This document shows positions 29,864 through 39,261 of a stretch of 64,000 nucleotides of DNA, in pieces. Under the pieces are notes generated by a model, which did not search any database, was not told the DNA's origin, and worked only from the letters and a program-made list of their open reading frames with translations. The stretch comes from an uncultured Pseudomonadales bacterium (lineage in GTDB: Bacteria > Patescibacteriota > Microgenomatia > UBA1400 > PJMF01): the NCBI GenBank assembly GCA_964633875.1, contig CAZWKL010000001.1, forward strand, positions 193,841-257,840, written 5' to 3'. How positions within the stretch are numbered: position 1 is the stretch's first letter; each line of letters begins with the position of its first letter. Position numbers and translations under genes: made by a program.

Positions 29864-30970
29864 TTAATTTAAATAAATTTGAGACAAATTCTTTAAGTAT
29901 AGCTCTTTATTATATTTTAAAATACTATTTCTCGCATTATTAGTTATTTCATTGTACACCCGATTATTTGATAACAAATATATGATTTTATTTGCTAAAT
30001 CTAGTGAATCATTATTGTTGAAATACAGTCCATTTTCACCATGTATTATAACTTCATCTAATCCAATACCATTGGAGGAAACAACAGGTAATTCCATTGC
30101 CAAGGCTTCTAATTGTGACATCGGGTGTCCTTCCCAATGGCTTGGTATTATGAATAAATCCAATATTGAATAAAAGTTAATCATATTTTTTTGATATCCA
30201 AGGAAGGTAACATATTCAGTCAGAGAGTTTGTTCGTATATATTGAAGCAACTCATTCTCATCTTGCCCAGTTCCGGCAATAATAAATCTAATATTACTTC
30301 GACTTATTTTAGTTTTGACAATTTTTGCAGCTTCAAGAAAAACTTTCCAGCCCTTTCTTTGTATAATTCGTCCAGCATAACCAATGATGAAATCATTTTT
30401 ATTTAAATTGTAAGATTTTTTTAATTTATCTTTGTCAAGTCTTAGCTGTTTTCTATCAAATTTATTCAAATCTACAAAATTGTGTAAAACGGTAATTTTT
30501 GATTTCATCAAGCCAGCATTAAAAATGAGCCTTTCCTCTAAAGCATTTGATACTGCTATATACCTGTATACAAATTGTTTTGATAATCTAATTAGAAAAT
30601 TGTAATATATACTCTCTTTTAAAATTGCACCGTGCTCATGGTAAATTAATGTAATTTTTGGAATAAAGAATAATTTAATAATAATCCCAATGAATAATGA
30701 TCTTAATAGATGACAATGTAAAATGTCAATTTTTTTATTTCTAATTATACTTACTAATCTAAATATTGGGATAATCGAAAATTTTGATTGTGAGTTATAT
30801 CGAAAAAAATTTTTGCTATCAATTTTATAATCATTATTTGTACTCCTTAATGAATACCCAAAATGGATAAACTTTTGATTCTTATCTTCACAAATTGTTT
30901 TTACAATTGTTTGTGCTCCACCAAGACCAATATGATCAATTATATGTAAAATTGTATAATTTTGTTTCAT
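29864..30970 (-). CDS. GT4 glycosyltransferase
   Basis: GGAQ, HEH, GRIIQRKG, PSHWEGHPMSQLEALA. Confidence 0.92.
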   Translation of the reverse strand: MKQNYTILHIIDHIGLGGAQTIVKTICEDKNQKFIHFGYSLRSTNNDYKIDSKNFFRYNSQSKFSIIPIFRLVSIIRNKKIDILHCHLLRSLFIGIIIKLFFIPKITLIYHEHGAILKESIYYNFLIRLSKQFVYRYIAVSNALEERLIFNAGLMKSKITVLHNFVDLNKFDRKQLRLDKDKLKKSYNLNKNDFIIGYAGRIIQRKGWKVFLEAAKIVKTKISRSNIRFIIAGTGQDENELLQYIRTNSLTEYVTFLGYQKNMINFYSILDLFIIPSHWEGHPMSQLEALAMELPVVSSNGIGLDEVIIHGENGLYFNNNDSLDLANKIIYLLSNNRVYNEITNNARNSILKYNKELYLKNLSQIYLN

Positions 30971-31623
30971 ATATCTAAGTTCAATCTCGCTATTACATTA
31001 AAGTTTGTTTTTAGAGGAACTGGCAAAATATCAGGATTGAAAACTTTCAATGCAGATACACCAAATACTCCGAATTGACTCCGAAGCTTGTCTACAAAAT
31101 ACTTGTTGACTAATGGAACTGAATGAAATTCAGTAGTAAAACTGTTATTTATGAGTTTATTTTTTAAACCCCAATAGGTATATACACTTGGGTGATATTT
31201 TTTATATTTAGTAAAACTTTTTTCCTTAATTATTTCAAATGGAACATTGGTAAGTTTATTTGGGGTACTAAAAATATACTGTCCATCTTCTTTTAAGACT
31301 CTTTTCACCTCTTTTAAATGCTGGTTGGTGTTAGGTATATGCTCCAACACATCGAAACTCATCACAATATCGAAACTATTATTCTTGAAAGGCAACTTTT
31401 TATCATTCAATTTTAATAATTTTATTCCAAATTCATCTTGCGAAAATTGTATGTAATTATCATTTACTTCTGTACCTGTAATATCATAGCCTTCATTTCT
31501 TAAAGTTTTGACCATATAACCTGTGCCAGAGCCAACTTCAAGGATTTTAGCCTTTTTGTTGAGCACTCCTGTTTTTTCCGAAAAAAACAAATTAGATTTA
31601 AAATTACCGCGGTTAATTTTCAT
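30967..31623 (-). CDS. Class I SAM-dependent methyltransferase
   Basis: LEVGSGTG, LPF..NSFD, FDVLEHI, RVLK.DG..STPN. Confidence 0.88.
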   Translation of the reverse strand: MKINRGNFKSNLFFSEKTGVLNKKAKILEVGSGTGYMVKTLRNEGYDITGTEVNDNYIQFSQDEFGIKLLKLNDKKLPFKNNSFDIVMSFDVLEHIPNTNQHLKEVKRVLKEDGQYIFSTPNKLTNVPFEIIKEKSFTKYKKYHPSVYTYWGLKNKLINNSFTTEFHSVPLVNKYFVDKLRSQFGVFGVSALKVFNPDILPVPLKTNFNVIARLNLDI

Positions 31624-32749
31624 AATATTTAATATAATGCGTTGAAATATTTCCCCATTTCATGTTTTCTGAGATTTGTTTGCTTTGCTTACCCATATCG
31701 CTTCTGTGTTGTGGATTATCAATGATTTTTGTTAGTGCAGCTGCAATTGCTTTACTGTTTCGTTTTTCGACCGCTATTCCATTCCCATCCAAAATCTCCT
31801 CAGTCCCACCAACATCAGTCAAAATAAGCGGTAACCCACAAGCTGCAGCCTCCAACACAGCATTACTCATCCCCTCAGCCAAAGAGGGTAGACACATAAC
31901 ATGACACTTAGGCAATGCTGTAGCAAGCTCATCGTGACTTAGTCTACCAGTAAACTCTACTGCATCTGTGATGCCTAGGGCGTTCACTTGCTGCTCTAGC
32001 TTTACTTTTAACTCACCCTCACCGATAAGCAGTAGCTTGCTTTTTGGGTGCTCTTCATGAAACGATGCAAACCCCTCAACCAGGTGCTCAAGTCCTTTTT
32101 TGGGACCCATTACCGTGCCACCAGCAGTAACGGTAAAGACCTTAAACTTGTCCTTTTCCGGCACTGGCTTGAATTTTTCGGTATCAACACCGTTAGAAAT
32201 AATCTCAATTTTCCGATCCAGCGTTTGTTTGGCCAAATCAGCCAGCCACTGGCTGTTGGCAACCACCGCCTTGGCGTATTTCCAAGATAATTTAGCCAGG
32301 GGTTTATACAAGTAATAATACCAACCATACTTCTGATTATATCCAGGCACATCAACACCTCTGAGCGAAATAATGTAAGGCGCTTTGTGTTTGAAAAGCA
32401 ACCCAGGAAGAGCGCTGGGGTAGCCAAAATAATGAGCCAGCTTATAATTATTTTTCCTCAACAGCGAAAAAATCTTTAAGGTTGAGAAAAAAGTAAACCT
32501 CAACATTTCCCAGGGTGTTTGCTTTTGATACTTTTCGGGCGGCTTTTTGCCAATGGGAACTCTATAAAGGGTGATATTTTTGCTAAATTTTTCCGTTGTC
32601 CAGGCATTATTGATTGAGCTGGTAATCACATCAATGGCCAAGTTTTCCTCTTTGGCAAACTCTCTTAGTAAATGGCTGGCAGCCGTAGCCACTCCGCCAC
32701 CAAGGGGAGGGAGTTCGTAGACAACGAAAAGAATGCGAGTGGCGCTCAT
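31613..32749 (-). CDS. GT4 glycosyltransferase
   Basis: YELPPLGGG, NGVD, KKG, PSLAEGMSNAVLEAAACG. Confidence 0.93.
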   Translation of the reverse strand: MSATRILFVVYELPPLGGGVATAASHLLREFAKEENLAIDVITSSINNAWTTEKFSKNITLYRVPIGKKPPEKYQKQTPWEMLRFTFFSTLKIFSLLRKNNYKLAHYFGYPSALPGLLFKHKAPYIISLRGVDVPGYNQKYGWYYYLYKPLAKLSWKYAKAVVANSQWLADLAKQTLDRKIEIISNGVDTEKFKPVPEKDKFKVFTVTAGGTVMGPKKGLEHLVEGFASFHEEHPKSKLLLIGEGELKVKLEQQVNALGITDAVEFTGRLSHDELATALPKCHVMCLPSLAEGMSNAVLEAAACGLPLILTDVGGTEEILDGNGIAVEKRNSKAIAAALTKIIDNPQHRSDMGKQSKQISENMKWGNISTHYIKYYEN

Positions 32750-32806
32750 GCCAAATAGTATATCGCAGAATTAGCCAATACACAGCGAGAGTTGTATACT
32801 AAAAAG

Positions 32807-34720
32807 ATGCGCTCTGTCTTGCTGATATTTTTATTTGGTGTAACTATAAAGTTTCTCCTCCTGCCTTTTGCCATGCATTCTGATTTACTCTCGATGTATT
32901 TTAGAGCTCATTTGATATCCGAGTATGGCCTCTGGGGATTACCCACCAATCAATACTTGGCCCACTTAATTTATGCAATCAATCTGAAAGTTATGTCACT
33001 TGTTGGCTTTGATGTTCAGAGCCTGTTTTCTTTACCATTTGGTTTGCGGGAAGGCTCACTAACTTCTTCGGTGGGGGATTGGTTGCGGTTTGCTGAAAAC
33101 CCCAATATCAATGCTGCTTTGTTTTGGTTTAAATTACCACATCTTTTTGCCGACACCATCATCTTTGCTTTACTGCTCAAGTATTTTCGTAACCACAAAC
33201 ACAGGCTCCTTATTTTAACTTCCTGGTGGCTCAATCCGGTCAATATTTATGCCTTTTATATTTTCTCTAGGCATGATGTTTTTACTTTATTGGCGCTTCT
33301 ATTAGCTATTCTTTTTACCACCAAAAACAAAATTGCGCCCGCAGCTCTCAGTCTTTTTGCCGCTATTCAAATAAGGGTGCAGCCTTTGTTGTTAGCGCCG
33401 GTGTTCTTGGTTAGTTGGTGGAAGAGCAACAGTTTTAAGAGCCTGATCAAGCCCGCTCTGATCTTTATGGCTGTCACTGCCGTCTATTTGTTAGCCATCA
33501 AATCCTTGCCTTTTGATTCCGAACTATACCTTAGTCTTGCTGGTTCAGCACCTCAAGCTTCAAATCAAGACAACGGACCAAGTGCCATTGGTATTCCCAG
33601 CAGGCACGCCGCGCAGGTATCGGGCACAACCATTTTGGGTATGCCTGTTTTTCTGGTTCTTTATGCTATTGTTGGATCAATTTATTTTTTTAGACATCAA
33701 AAGCCCAGTGCTGAAATGGCAAACCTGTGGCAGCTCAATCGAGTTTTACTAGTAGTGATGGCCATATATTTTGCTGTCAATCCCTTTTCTCCTCATTATT
33801 TTGTCTGGTTAAGCATTTTTATCACCCTGGCAATTGTTTTTCAGCCAAAGATTTTGCCTTGGTATGGATTGGGGGTGCTGGGTTGGGCAATAATGGGCAT
33901 TTTTGGCCATGATGTTACCTGGTTTAGCCAGAACCTTTTGGTGCCGATTTCTACTGATCTATTTAGAACTCCGCAACTGCCACTCATTCTTCAAACCAGA
34001 TTAAGCACGCTTGGATTTTTGCCGGAAATTGCTTATACCTTTGGCAGAATAACTCTGGCCACAGGTATGCTTGGAATTATCTGGACTTCAACTAGTAAAG
34101 AGTTGCTAAAAATAATGAAGCTTGTTTTGATACTGCCGCTCGCTTTCTTTTTATTATTGCCTGGTAACGTCCAAGCAGCGCCCGCTGCAATGCTAGAACA
34201 ACCAAACTACGATCAGCGCCTTGACATTACTTCAACTCCAATAGGGCAAACTTTTGTATCTCCAGTTGACAGCTTTGGTAGCATTGAAGTGCGTCTGGGT
34301 ACGGACAGGGTAGAGGGCGGCGAAGAATTCATTTTCCGACTGAAAGAAGCTAATAGTGAAGAATGGCTCTATGAGAATTTTTACAACCGACAAGATCTTT
34401 ACAATGGCTATTTTTATCCCTTTGGTTTTCCTGAAGTTCAAGAGGCTGAAAGCAAAGAGTATTATTTTGAGATTGCTAGACCGAATTATGCCGGTTTGCC
34501 ACTGCACGCATATCGTGATAGCTCCACCGAAAACTTGTCTTTTACCGTCATTGCCGATCAACCGATCAATATTTTAACCGAGAATATCAAGTCTGATTTG
34601 GTTGAGAAAATCGACCACCAAAAAGAGTTTTTTATTCTATATTTTCTTCTTCTGGCTCTAGTTGTTCTGTTAAATCTGGTTGTTCTGGGTCTGGCGGCAT
34701 TTGAAAGTAGGAAATCATGA
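32807..34720 (+). CDS. GT-C-type (GT87-like) membrane protein fused to a C-terminal extracellular beta-domain
   Basis: HSDL, FKLP.LFAD, WWLNP, RHD, SPHY..W; C-terminal IGQTF domain then a TM; start at MRSV, 6 nt after TATACT. Confidence 0.65.
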   Translation: MRSVLLIFLFGVTIKFLLLPFAMHSDLLSMYFRAHLISEYGLWGLPTNQYLAHLIYAINLKVMSLVGFDVQSLFSLPFGLREGSLTSSVGDWLRFAENPNINAALFWFKLPHLFADTIIFALLLKYFRNHKHRLLILTSWWLNPVNIYAFYIFSRHDVFTLLALLLAILFTTKNKIAPAALSLFAAIQIRVQPLLLAPVFLVSWWKSNSFKSLIKPALIFMAVTAVYLLAIKSLPFDSELYLSLAGSAPQASNQDNGPSAIGIPSRHAAQVSGTTILGMPVFLVLYAIVGSIYFFRHQKPSAEMANLWQLNRVLLVVMAIYFAVNPFSPHYFVWLSIFITLAIVFQPKILPWYGLGVLGWAIMGIFGHDVTWFSQNLLVPISTDLFRTPQLPLILQTRLSTLGFLPEIAYTFGRITLATGMLGIIWTSTSKELLKIMKLVLILPLAFFLLLPGNVQAAPAAMLEQPNYDQRLDITSTPIGQTFVSPVDSFGSIEVRLGTDRVEGGEEFIFRLKEANSEEWLYENFYNRQDLYNGYFYPFGFPEVQEAESKEYYFEIARPNYAGLPLHAYRDSSTENLSFTVIADQPINILTENIKSDLVEKIDHQKEFFILYFLLLALVVLLNLVVLGLAAFESRKS

Positions 34721-36641
34721 AACTTTCAATATCTGCCAGACATACAGATGTATCTGGACAAAAATAAACTTCAACTCTAGTATTATCAATCCCACGGCCG
34801 TGAATTTTTTCAAATCGCGCATTAATAAATGCTCTAATAATATCTTGCAAATGATAGCTTTTTCCGGATTCCCAAGATGCCCAAATCCTATTTGAACTAC
34901 CAGCGTCTGTTAAGAACTTTTGAAATTCATAAGTCTTGTTCCTTTCCATAGATATAATTTTGGGATCTTCTATACCCGACAGATAATAATTTCTGCCATA
35001 CTGCATCAGCAGCGCATCTGTTTCCGGATTATAATTATCAATAATTACTTGATATGCCACCGAGTGCTTGGCCTCCCCTTGGTCGTGATAACGAGCCTGC
35101 GAATTTAGAGCAAATTGCAAACCGACAACGACAATAACCAAAGCCAGCAACAAGGCTTGTGATAGTTTGGTCAAATGACGAGTCAAAACCCAAACTACAA
35201 TCAAGGCGCCAATAATCGCGAATAGAGTCAGGTGAGAGGTGTAAACAAAAGAGGCATACCTGTCTGCCATTTTAATAAAGAAAAATGTTCCAAAGCTCAA
35301 AAGCACTGGCAGGAATAGAATCCGTTTCATTGGCAATTGTTTAAAACTTTTGCCATATAAAACCAGGGAAACACCAGCCAACAGTCCCAAGGCCAACAAT
35401 AAATCTTTACTCAACGGATAACCGTAGATATGATTGAAATAGACCGTGTTGTTGCGGCCAAACCAACTAATCATCCCTGAAAACTTAAATAAGCCGGTGG
35501 CAATATAGGCCAGTCCTCCTAGAGCGCCAATAATTCCAACCAAACTAGGAATAGCATAGCGCTTGCTTCTAAAAAATAAAGCCAGCAGAATTACATAAAG
35601 CAAAAATGCTGGTAACAAGACTAGGCTATTAACATGAATGTGGTAGTTAAAATACAGCAGCACTAGGCTAATGACGGCTAAAGGGTAGTGATAGGGGAGA
35701 ACTTTTTCTAATTTTTTCAATTTTTCGGGAACGCGCTTTTCATGCAAGGCTCGCATCAGCCCATAAACCAAGAGGCCAAAAAGAGGCAATAACAAGACGT
35801 ACATCCTGATGTAGCGTGAAAGACTAATATAACTGGGAGCAAAAGTTGCAATTAGCGCCACTAGAATTCCAATCAGTACTGATCGAGAAAAATAATTGCC
35901 CAATAAATAAGCCACCGCGATAAGCAATACTCCAAAAATAACGGATGGAATCCTGGAACTCCACTCAGAAATACCGAAAATTTTGTAGGTTTGAGTAATT
36001 AGCCAAGTATGCGGCCATGCTCTCGAGTACATACAGCTACCATTACTGGTATCTAAGCAGGCTGGTTCGTTGTTAATCCAATTCCAGCGATGGTAATCTC
36101 CCGTATATAAAAGACCCGTCGCGGCGCTCACAACCTGAAATTCATCGCCTCTGAATTCTGACGCGCCCAAATTGTATGCCCTGACGCCCAATCCAATGAT
36201 CATTAAAGCAGCCACCACTAATATCGCGGTTTTATGACTGATTTTTGCTTCAATTTCGTCAATCACTGATTTGGTAGGCTTGGAGTAGATCACCAGCAGT
36301 AGCCCAGACAACAGCAAAGCAATCACTGGATAATCAACAAATCTCAATAGACTGGCAACCAACGGCATGCCAAAAATCAAATCAGAGCTAAACAAAATAT
36401 GCCTCAACAACAAATATCCGGTGCTGATTAAAAATACAACCTCAATTGCTGGTCGAAATTTATTAAATTGTGAGTGAGTTGCTTTCGCGAAAAGGTCTCT
36501 TCTGCTCCAAAACCAATAGATGGCAACTATCCACAAGAGCGGTAACATAATGTGATCGTAAGGAATAACAATTCCTACAGTGTATCTGGATAAAATTAGT
36601 AAAATGCTCAAAAATGCCGAAAAATCCAAATATTTTGTCAT
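34632..36641 (-). CDS. GT-C membrane transferase, PMT/ArnT-like, with N-terminal TM extension
   Basis: LRAYNLG..FRGDEF-type motif, FGISEWSSRIPSVIFG, SRYIRMY, DRY. Confidence 0.78.
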   Translation of the reverse strand: MTKYLDFSAFLSILLILSRYTVGIVIPYDHIMLPLLWIVAIYWFWSRRDLFAKATHSQFNKFRPAIEVVFLISTGYLLLRHILFSSDLIFGMPLVASLLRFVDYPVIALLLSGLLLVIYSKPTKSVIDEIEAKISHKTAILVVAALMIIGLGVRAYNLGASEFRGDEFQVVSAATGLLYTGDYHRWNWINNEPACLDTSNGSCMYSRAWPHTWLITQTYKIFGISEWSSRIPSVIFGVLLIAVAYLLGNYFSRSVLIGILVALIATFAPSYISLSRYIRMYVLLLPLFGLLVYGLMRALHEKRVPEKLKKLEKVLPYHYPLAVISLVLLYFNYHIHVNSLVLLPAFLLYVILLALFFRSKRYAIPSLVGIIGALGGLAYIATGLFKFSGMISWFGRNNTVYFNHIYGYPLSKDLLLALGLLAGVSLVLYGKSFKQLPMKRILFLPVLLSFGTFFFIKMADRYASFVYTSHLTLFAIIGALIVVWVLTRHLTKLSQALLLALVIVVVGLQFALNSQARYHDQGEAKHSVAYQVIIDNYNPETDALLMQYGRNYYLSGIEDPKIISMERNKTYEFQKFLTDAGSSNRIWASWESGKSYHLQDIIRAFINARFEKIHGRGIDNTRVEVYFCPDTSVCLADIESFMISYFQMPPDPEQPDLTEQLEPEEENIE

Positions 36642-37228
36642 CGTAAAACCTCCGCGGGATCCTTGATTGAGAAATTACCAGCGCTAGTGCAATTGCCTCG
36701 AGCGTTACAGATTAATAAATCGTCTGTAAAATACTCTCCATAAACCGGTTGCTCTGCCACAACTCTTTTATTACCCCATGAAATTATCAAAAATTCTAAC
36801 TCTCCAACCCTTACTTTACTAGCCTCATCCGACTTGTCGCCAAAATTTTTTCCTTCTATCGCAATTCGATCCCCCTGAATACTCCAGTTTTTTGATACAG
36901 ATCTAATTTTGGGGATTCGTTCTAGGTTGTCATAAAACAAGGAGTATTGCTTGTAAGTGCCGAGAGTAAAGAGGAACAAAAGAAGACAAGCAACGAGCAC
37001 TTTGGAGCCAAGTTCTATTTTTTTACGCTCCAATTTGTTTAGAGTCAATAGCCCACCCGCAATCAGTAATAATAACCCTAAGAATCTCCACAATTGTGGA
37101 ATCGAGTCTCTCAGATATCGATGCGCTGTCACTCCGTACTCGACTGCTATAAAAATTAGCACCCAAAAACTAATGACGAGCATGGCAACGCTCAGCTGAT
37201 TTTTTACTTGCATAAGACTAAGAAACAT
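36638..37228 (-). CDS. 3-TM membrane protein with IPT/TIG-like C-terminal domain
   Basis: Three hydrophobic helices then PKIRSVS..GDRIAIEGKNFG..ISWGNKRV; ATGA overlap with downstream GT-C. Confidence 0.65.
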   Translation of the reverse strand: MFLSLMQVKNQLSVAMLVISFWVLIFIAVEYGVTAHRYLRDSIPQLWRFLGLLLLIAGGLLTLNKLERKKIELGSKVLVACLLLFLFTLGTYKQYSLFYDNLERIPKIRSVSKNWSIQGDRIAIEGKNFGDKSDEASKVRVGELEFLIISWGNKRVVAEQPVYGEYFTDDLLICNARGNCTSAGNFSIKDPAEVLR

Positions 37229-37311
37229 TTTTTTCTTTATATTCTTTGTTGCTCACAATTCTAGTAGTTGTAATCTTAAAAATCTCCCGGGAATTAGTTG
37301 CTGCTTCAAGA

Positions 37312-37896
37312 CTACGGAGCCCCAGGAGCTAGGGTTGGTGTGGGTTGAGGTGAGATGTTAGGTAAAGCATAAAGCGGCTCACGATGTTCCGGCAATACTT
37401 CAAAAGGATAAACGTCAGGAATAAGCAACTCAATGTCGTATTGCAAAGTTCCTCTCATATTGTTTCTCATTTCGATTAACTTCGCCCCCACAAAAGGATC
37501 TCTTCCGGGACCATAGAACTTTTGAGCTAATTCAAAAAGAGTATCTCCCTTTTCGACAGGATATTTTGCACCCACAGGCCAAGTAGCTGGGTCTGATTTA
37601 ACTATTTCTATAATCAATTTTTCACTCATACTACCATGACCCGTCAATTCACCGAGACCCACTCCTGCTGTGTTCATTTCTTGACCAATCGTTGATTGAA
37701 ATTTAGATTCGTTAGAAGGTTTTAAAATTGGACCGCACCCCGTCATAGCAAGTAAAAATAGTAGTTCGAGGGATTGAGTTATTCGTCTCTGTTTTGGCCG
37801 TTCTCTTTCCTCAACTCCTTGAGTTTTACCAGCTCTATTCAATAACTCTCTGAGTTTATTAACATTTGGATTTTTAGTAAGTGCTTCTTCATTCAT
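37312..37896 (-). CDS. LysM-domain protein, putative lipoprotein
   Basis: YPVEKGDTLFELAQKFYG...LLIP LysM; LLFLLAMTGC lipobox-like; Pro/Thr-rich tail. Confidence 0.75.
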   Translation of the reverse strand: MNEEALTKNPNVNKLRELLNRAGKTQGVEERERPKQRRITQSLELLFLLAMTGCGPILKPSNESKFQSTIGQEMNTAGVGLGELTGHGSMSEKLIIEIVKSDPATWPVGAKYPVEKGDTLFELAQKFYGPGRDPFVGAKLIEMRNNMRGTLQYDIELLIPDVYPFEVLPEHREPLYALPNISPQPTPTLAPGAP

Positions 37897-37977
37897 AACC
37901 GTAATTATACACTTCCATCCTACTCAAAAAAACAAGCAATTGTTGTTGCCTCTCGGGATTTCCCGTACAATGCAATT

Positions 37978-39261
37978 GTGCCACCGCAACTGCAAACCAT
38001 CATCGCTTCCAAGGGCCTGCGTGACTCCCTCACCATGATTTTTGGTAATGCTGGCGCCGTCACTATGTCTGCCTTGGCAATTATCCTTATTTCCCGCTTG
38101 TTGGGGCCGGCCAGTTTTGGCGAGTTTAGTGTTGGTTTCGCGTTGGTGCTCCTGCTTTCGCGTGTCAATGATCTTGGGCTCACCAACGCCGTTCAACAGT
38201 ACATTCCCCGGGCCAAAAACAACGAGGAAAAGGCCAGAATTTTCTCTTACACCATCAAAATCAAGCTCATCACCAGTTTGGTTTTGTTTGTGATTGGCCT
38301 GCTGATCACTCCTTTTTTGGCCGAATGGCTGAACTTTTCACGCCCGAGCATCTTGTATGGCGCTTTTGCCGCCAACATCGCCACCGTGCTTTATGAACAC
38401 CTGGCCGCCATGTTGCAATCACTGCATAATATTAAAGGAACTGTCACCATTAACGCCCTTCAGGCAGGAACTAAGCTCATCGGCGCTTTGGTCTTTTTCC
38501 TTATTAGCTATACCAATCCGGTTCCGGTCTATTACTGGTATATGGCTGGCCCCATCGTGCCGGTCATTCTGGCTAGCCTGTTCTTGCCCAAATGGTTCAC
38601 CCTCAAACTCAAAGACGATTATAAAGCCGAGAGCAAATTATTGAAGGCCATGGCCAGTCATGCCGCGATTGGTTTTATTGCCGCCGGTATCATTGAAAAT
38701 GTTGATATTTTGTTTGTGCAAGGCTATCTCAATACTTACGAAACCGGCCTTTACAGTGGCGCTTCCCGCATTGCTATGATGTTGAGCTTGGCCGCTTACT
38801 CGCTGGCCAGCGTTCTCAACCCCAGAGTAGCTCGCTATACCGAAGCAGAGCACCTCAAGCGGTATCTCAAAAAAGCCATGTTGTTAATCGTTTTTTCTCT
38901 CCTGGGTTTTGTGCTTTCTATACCCTTGATCGAACCGCTAATTTTGTTCACCATTGGTCCCGAATACCTGGCCGCCGGCAATATTCTCATGATTTTGCTG
39001 GCCGCTTCTTTCCTCACTTTTGCTTCGGTGCCTTTGATCGCCCTCTTTTTTAGCTTCAAAAAAGCAGAGTGGTACTTTTCAGCCAGTGGCTTGATTCAAC
39101 TAGCCATTATTTTGAGCGGCAGCATTTTGTTGGTGCCTACCCACGGCCTGGCTGCCGCTGCCTGGACTCGCTTGGCTTCTAAAGTCGCCCTTTTTACTTT
39201 CACCGCTCTGATGGCGGCTTACTTTTACCGGCGGAAAAAACTCCAAACTGGCCAGTCTTAG
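37978..39261 (+). CDS. Wzx-type flippase
   Basis: ISRLLGPASFGEF, DLGL, VDILFV..L..ETGLYSGA, LNPR, IGPEY. Confidence 0.88.
   Translation: MPPQLQTIIASKGLRDSLTMIFGNAGAVTMSALAIILISRLLGPASFGEFSVGFALVLLLSRVNDLGLTNAVQQYIPRAKNNEEKARIFSYTIKIKLITSLVLFVIGLLITPFLAEWLNFSRPSILYGAFAANIATVLYEHLAAMLQSLHNIKGTVTINALQAGTKLIGALVFFLISYTNPVPVYYWYMAGPIVPVILASLFLPKWFTLKLKDDYKAESKLLKAMASHAAIGFIAAGIIENVDILFVQGYLNTYETGLYSGASRIAMMLSLAAYSLASVLNPRVARYTEAEHLKRYLKKAMLLIVFSLLGFVLSIPLIEPLILFTIGPEYLAAGNILMILLAASFLTFASVPLIALFFSFKKAEWYFSASGLIQLAIILSGSILLVPTHGLAAAAWTRLASKVALFTFTALMAAYFYRRKKLQTGQS

Larger units (their letters stand above)
23600..31700. other. AT-rich, probably horizontally acquired glycan-tailoring island
   Basis: Hand count: line 27721-27780 is 13/60 GC versus 28/60 in ruvB line 45541-45600; boundaries are gradual and approximate. 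Confidence 0.7.

Noticed and set aside
23600-31700. AT-rich island as a prophage, integron or IS-bounded element
   Set aside because: No integrase, transposase, attC-like sites or terminal repeats recognised; content is purely glycan-related
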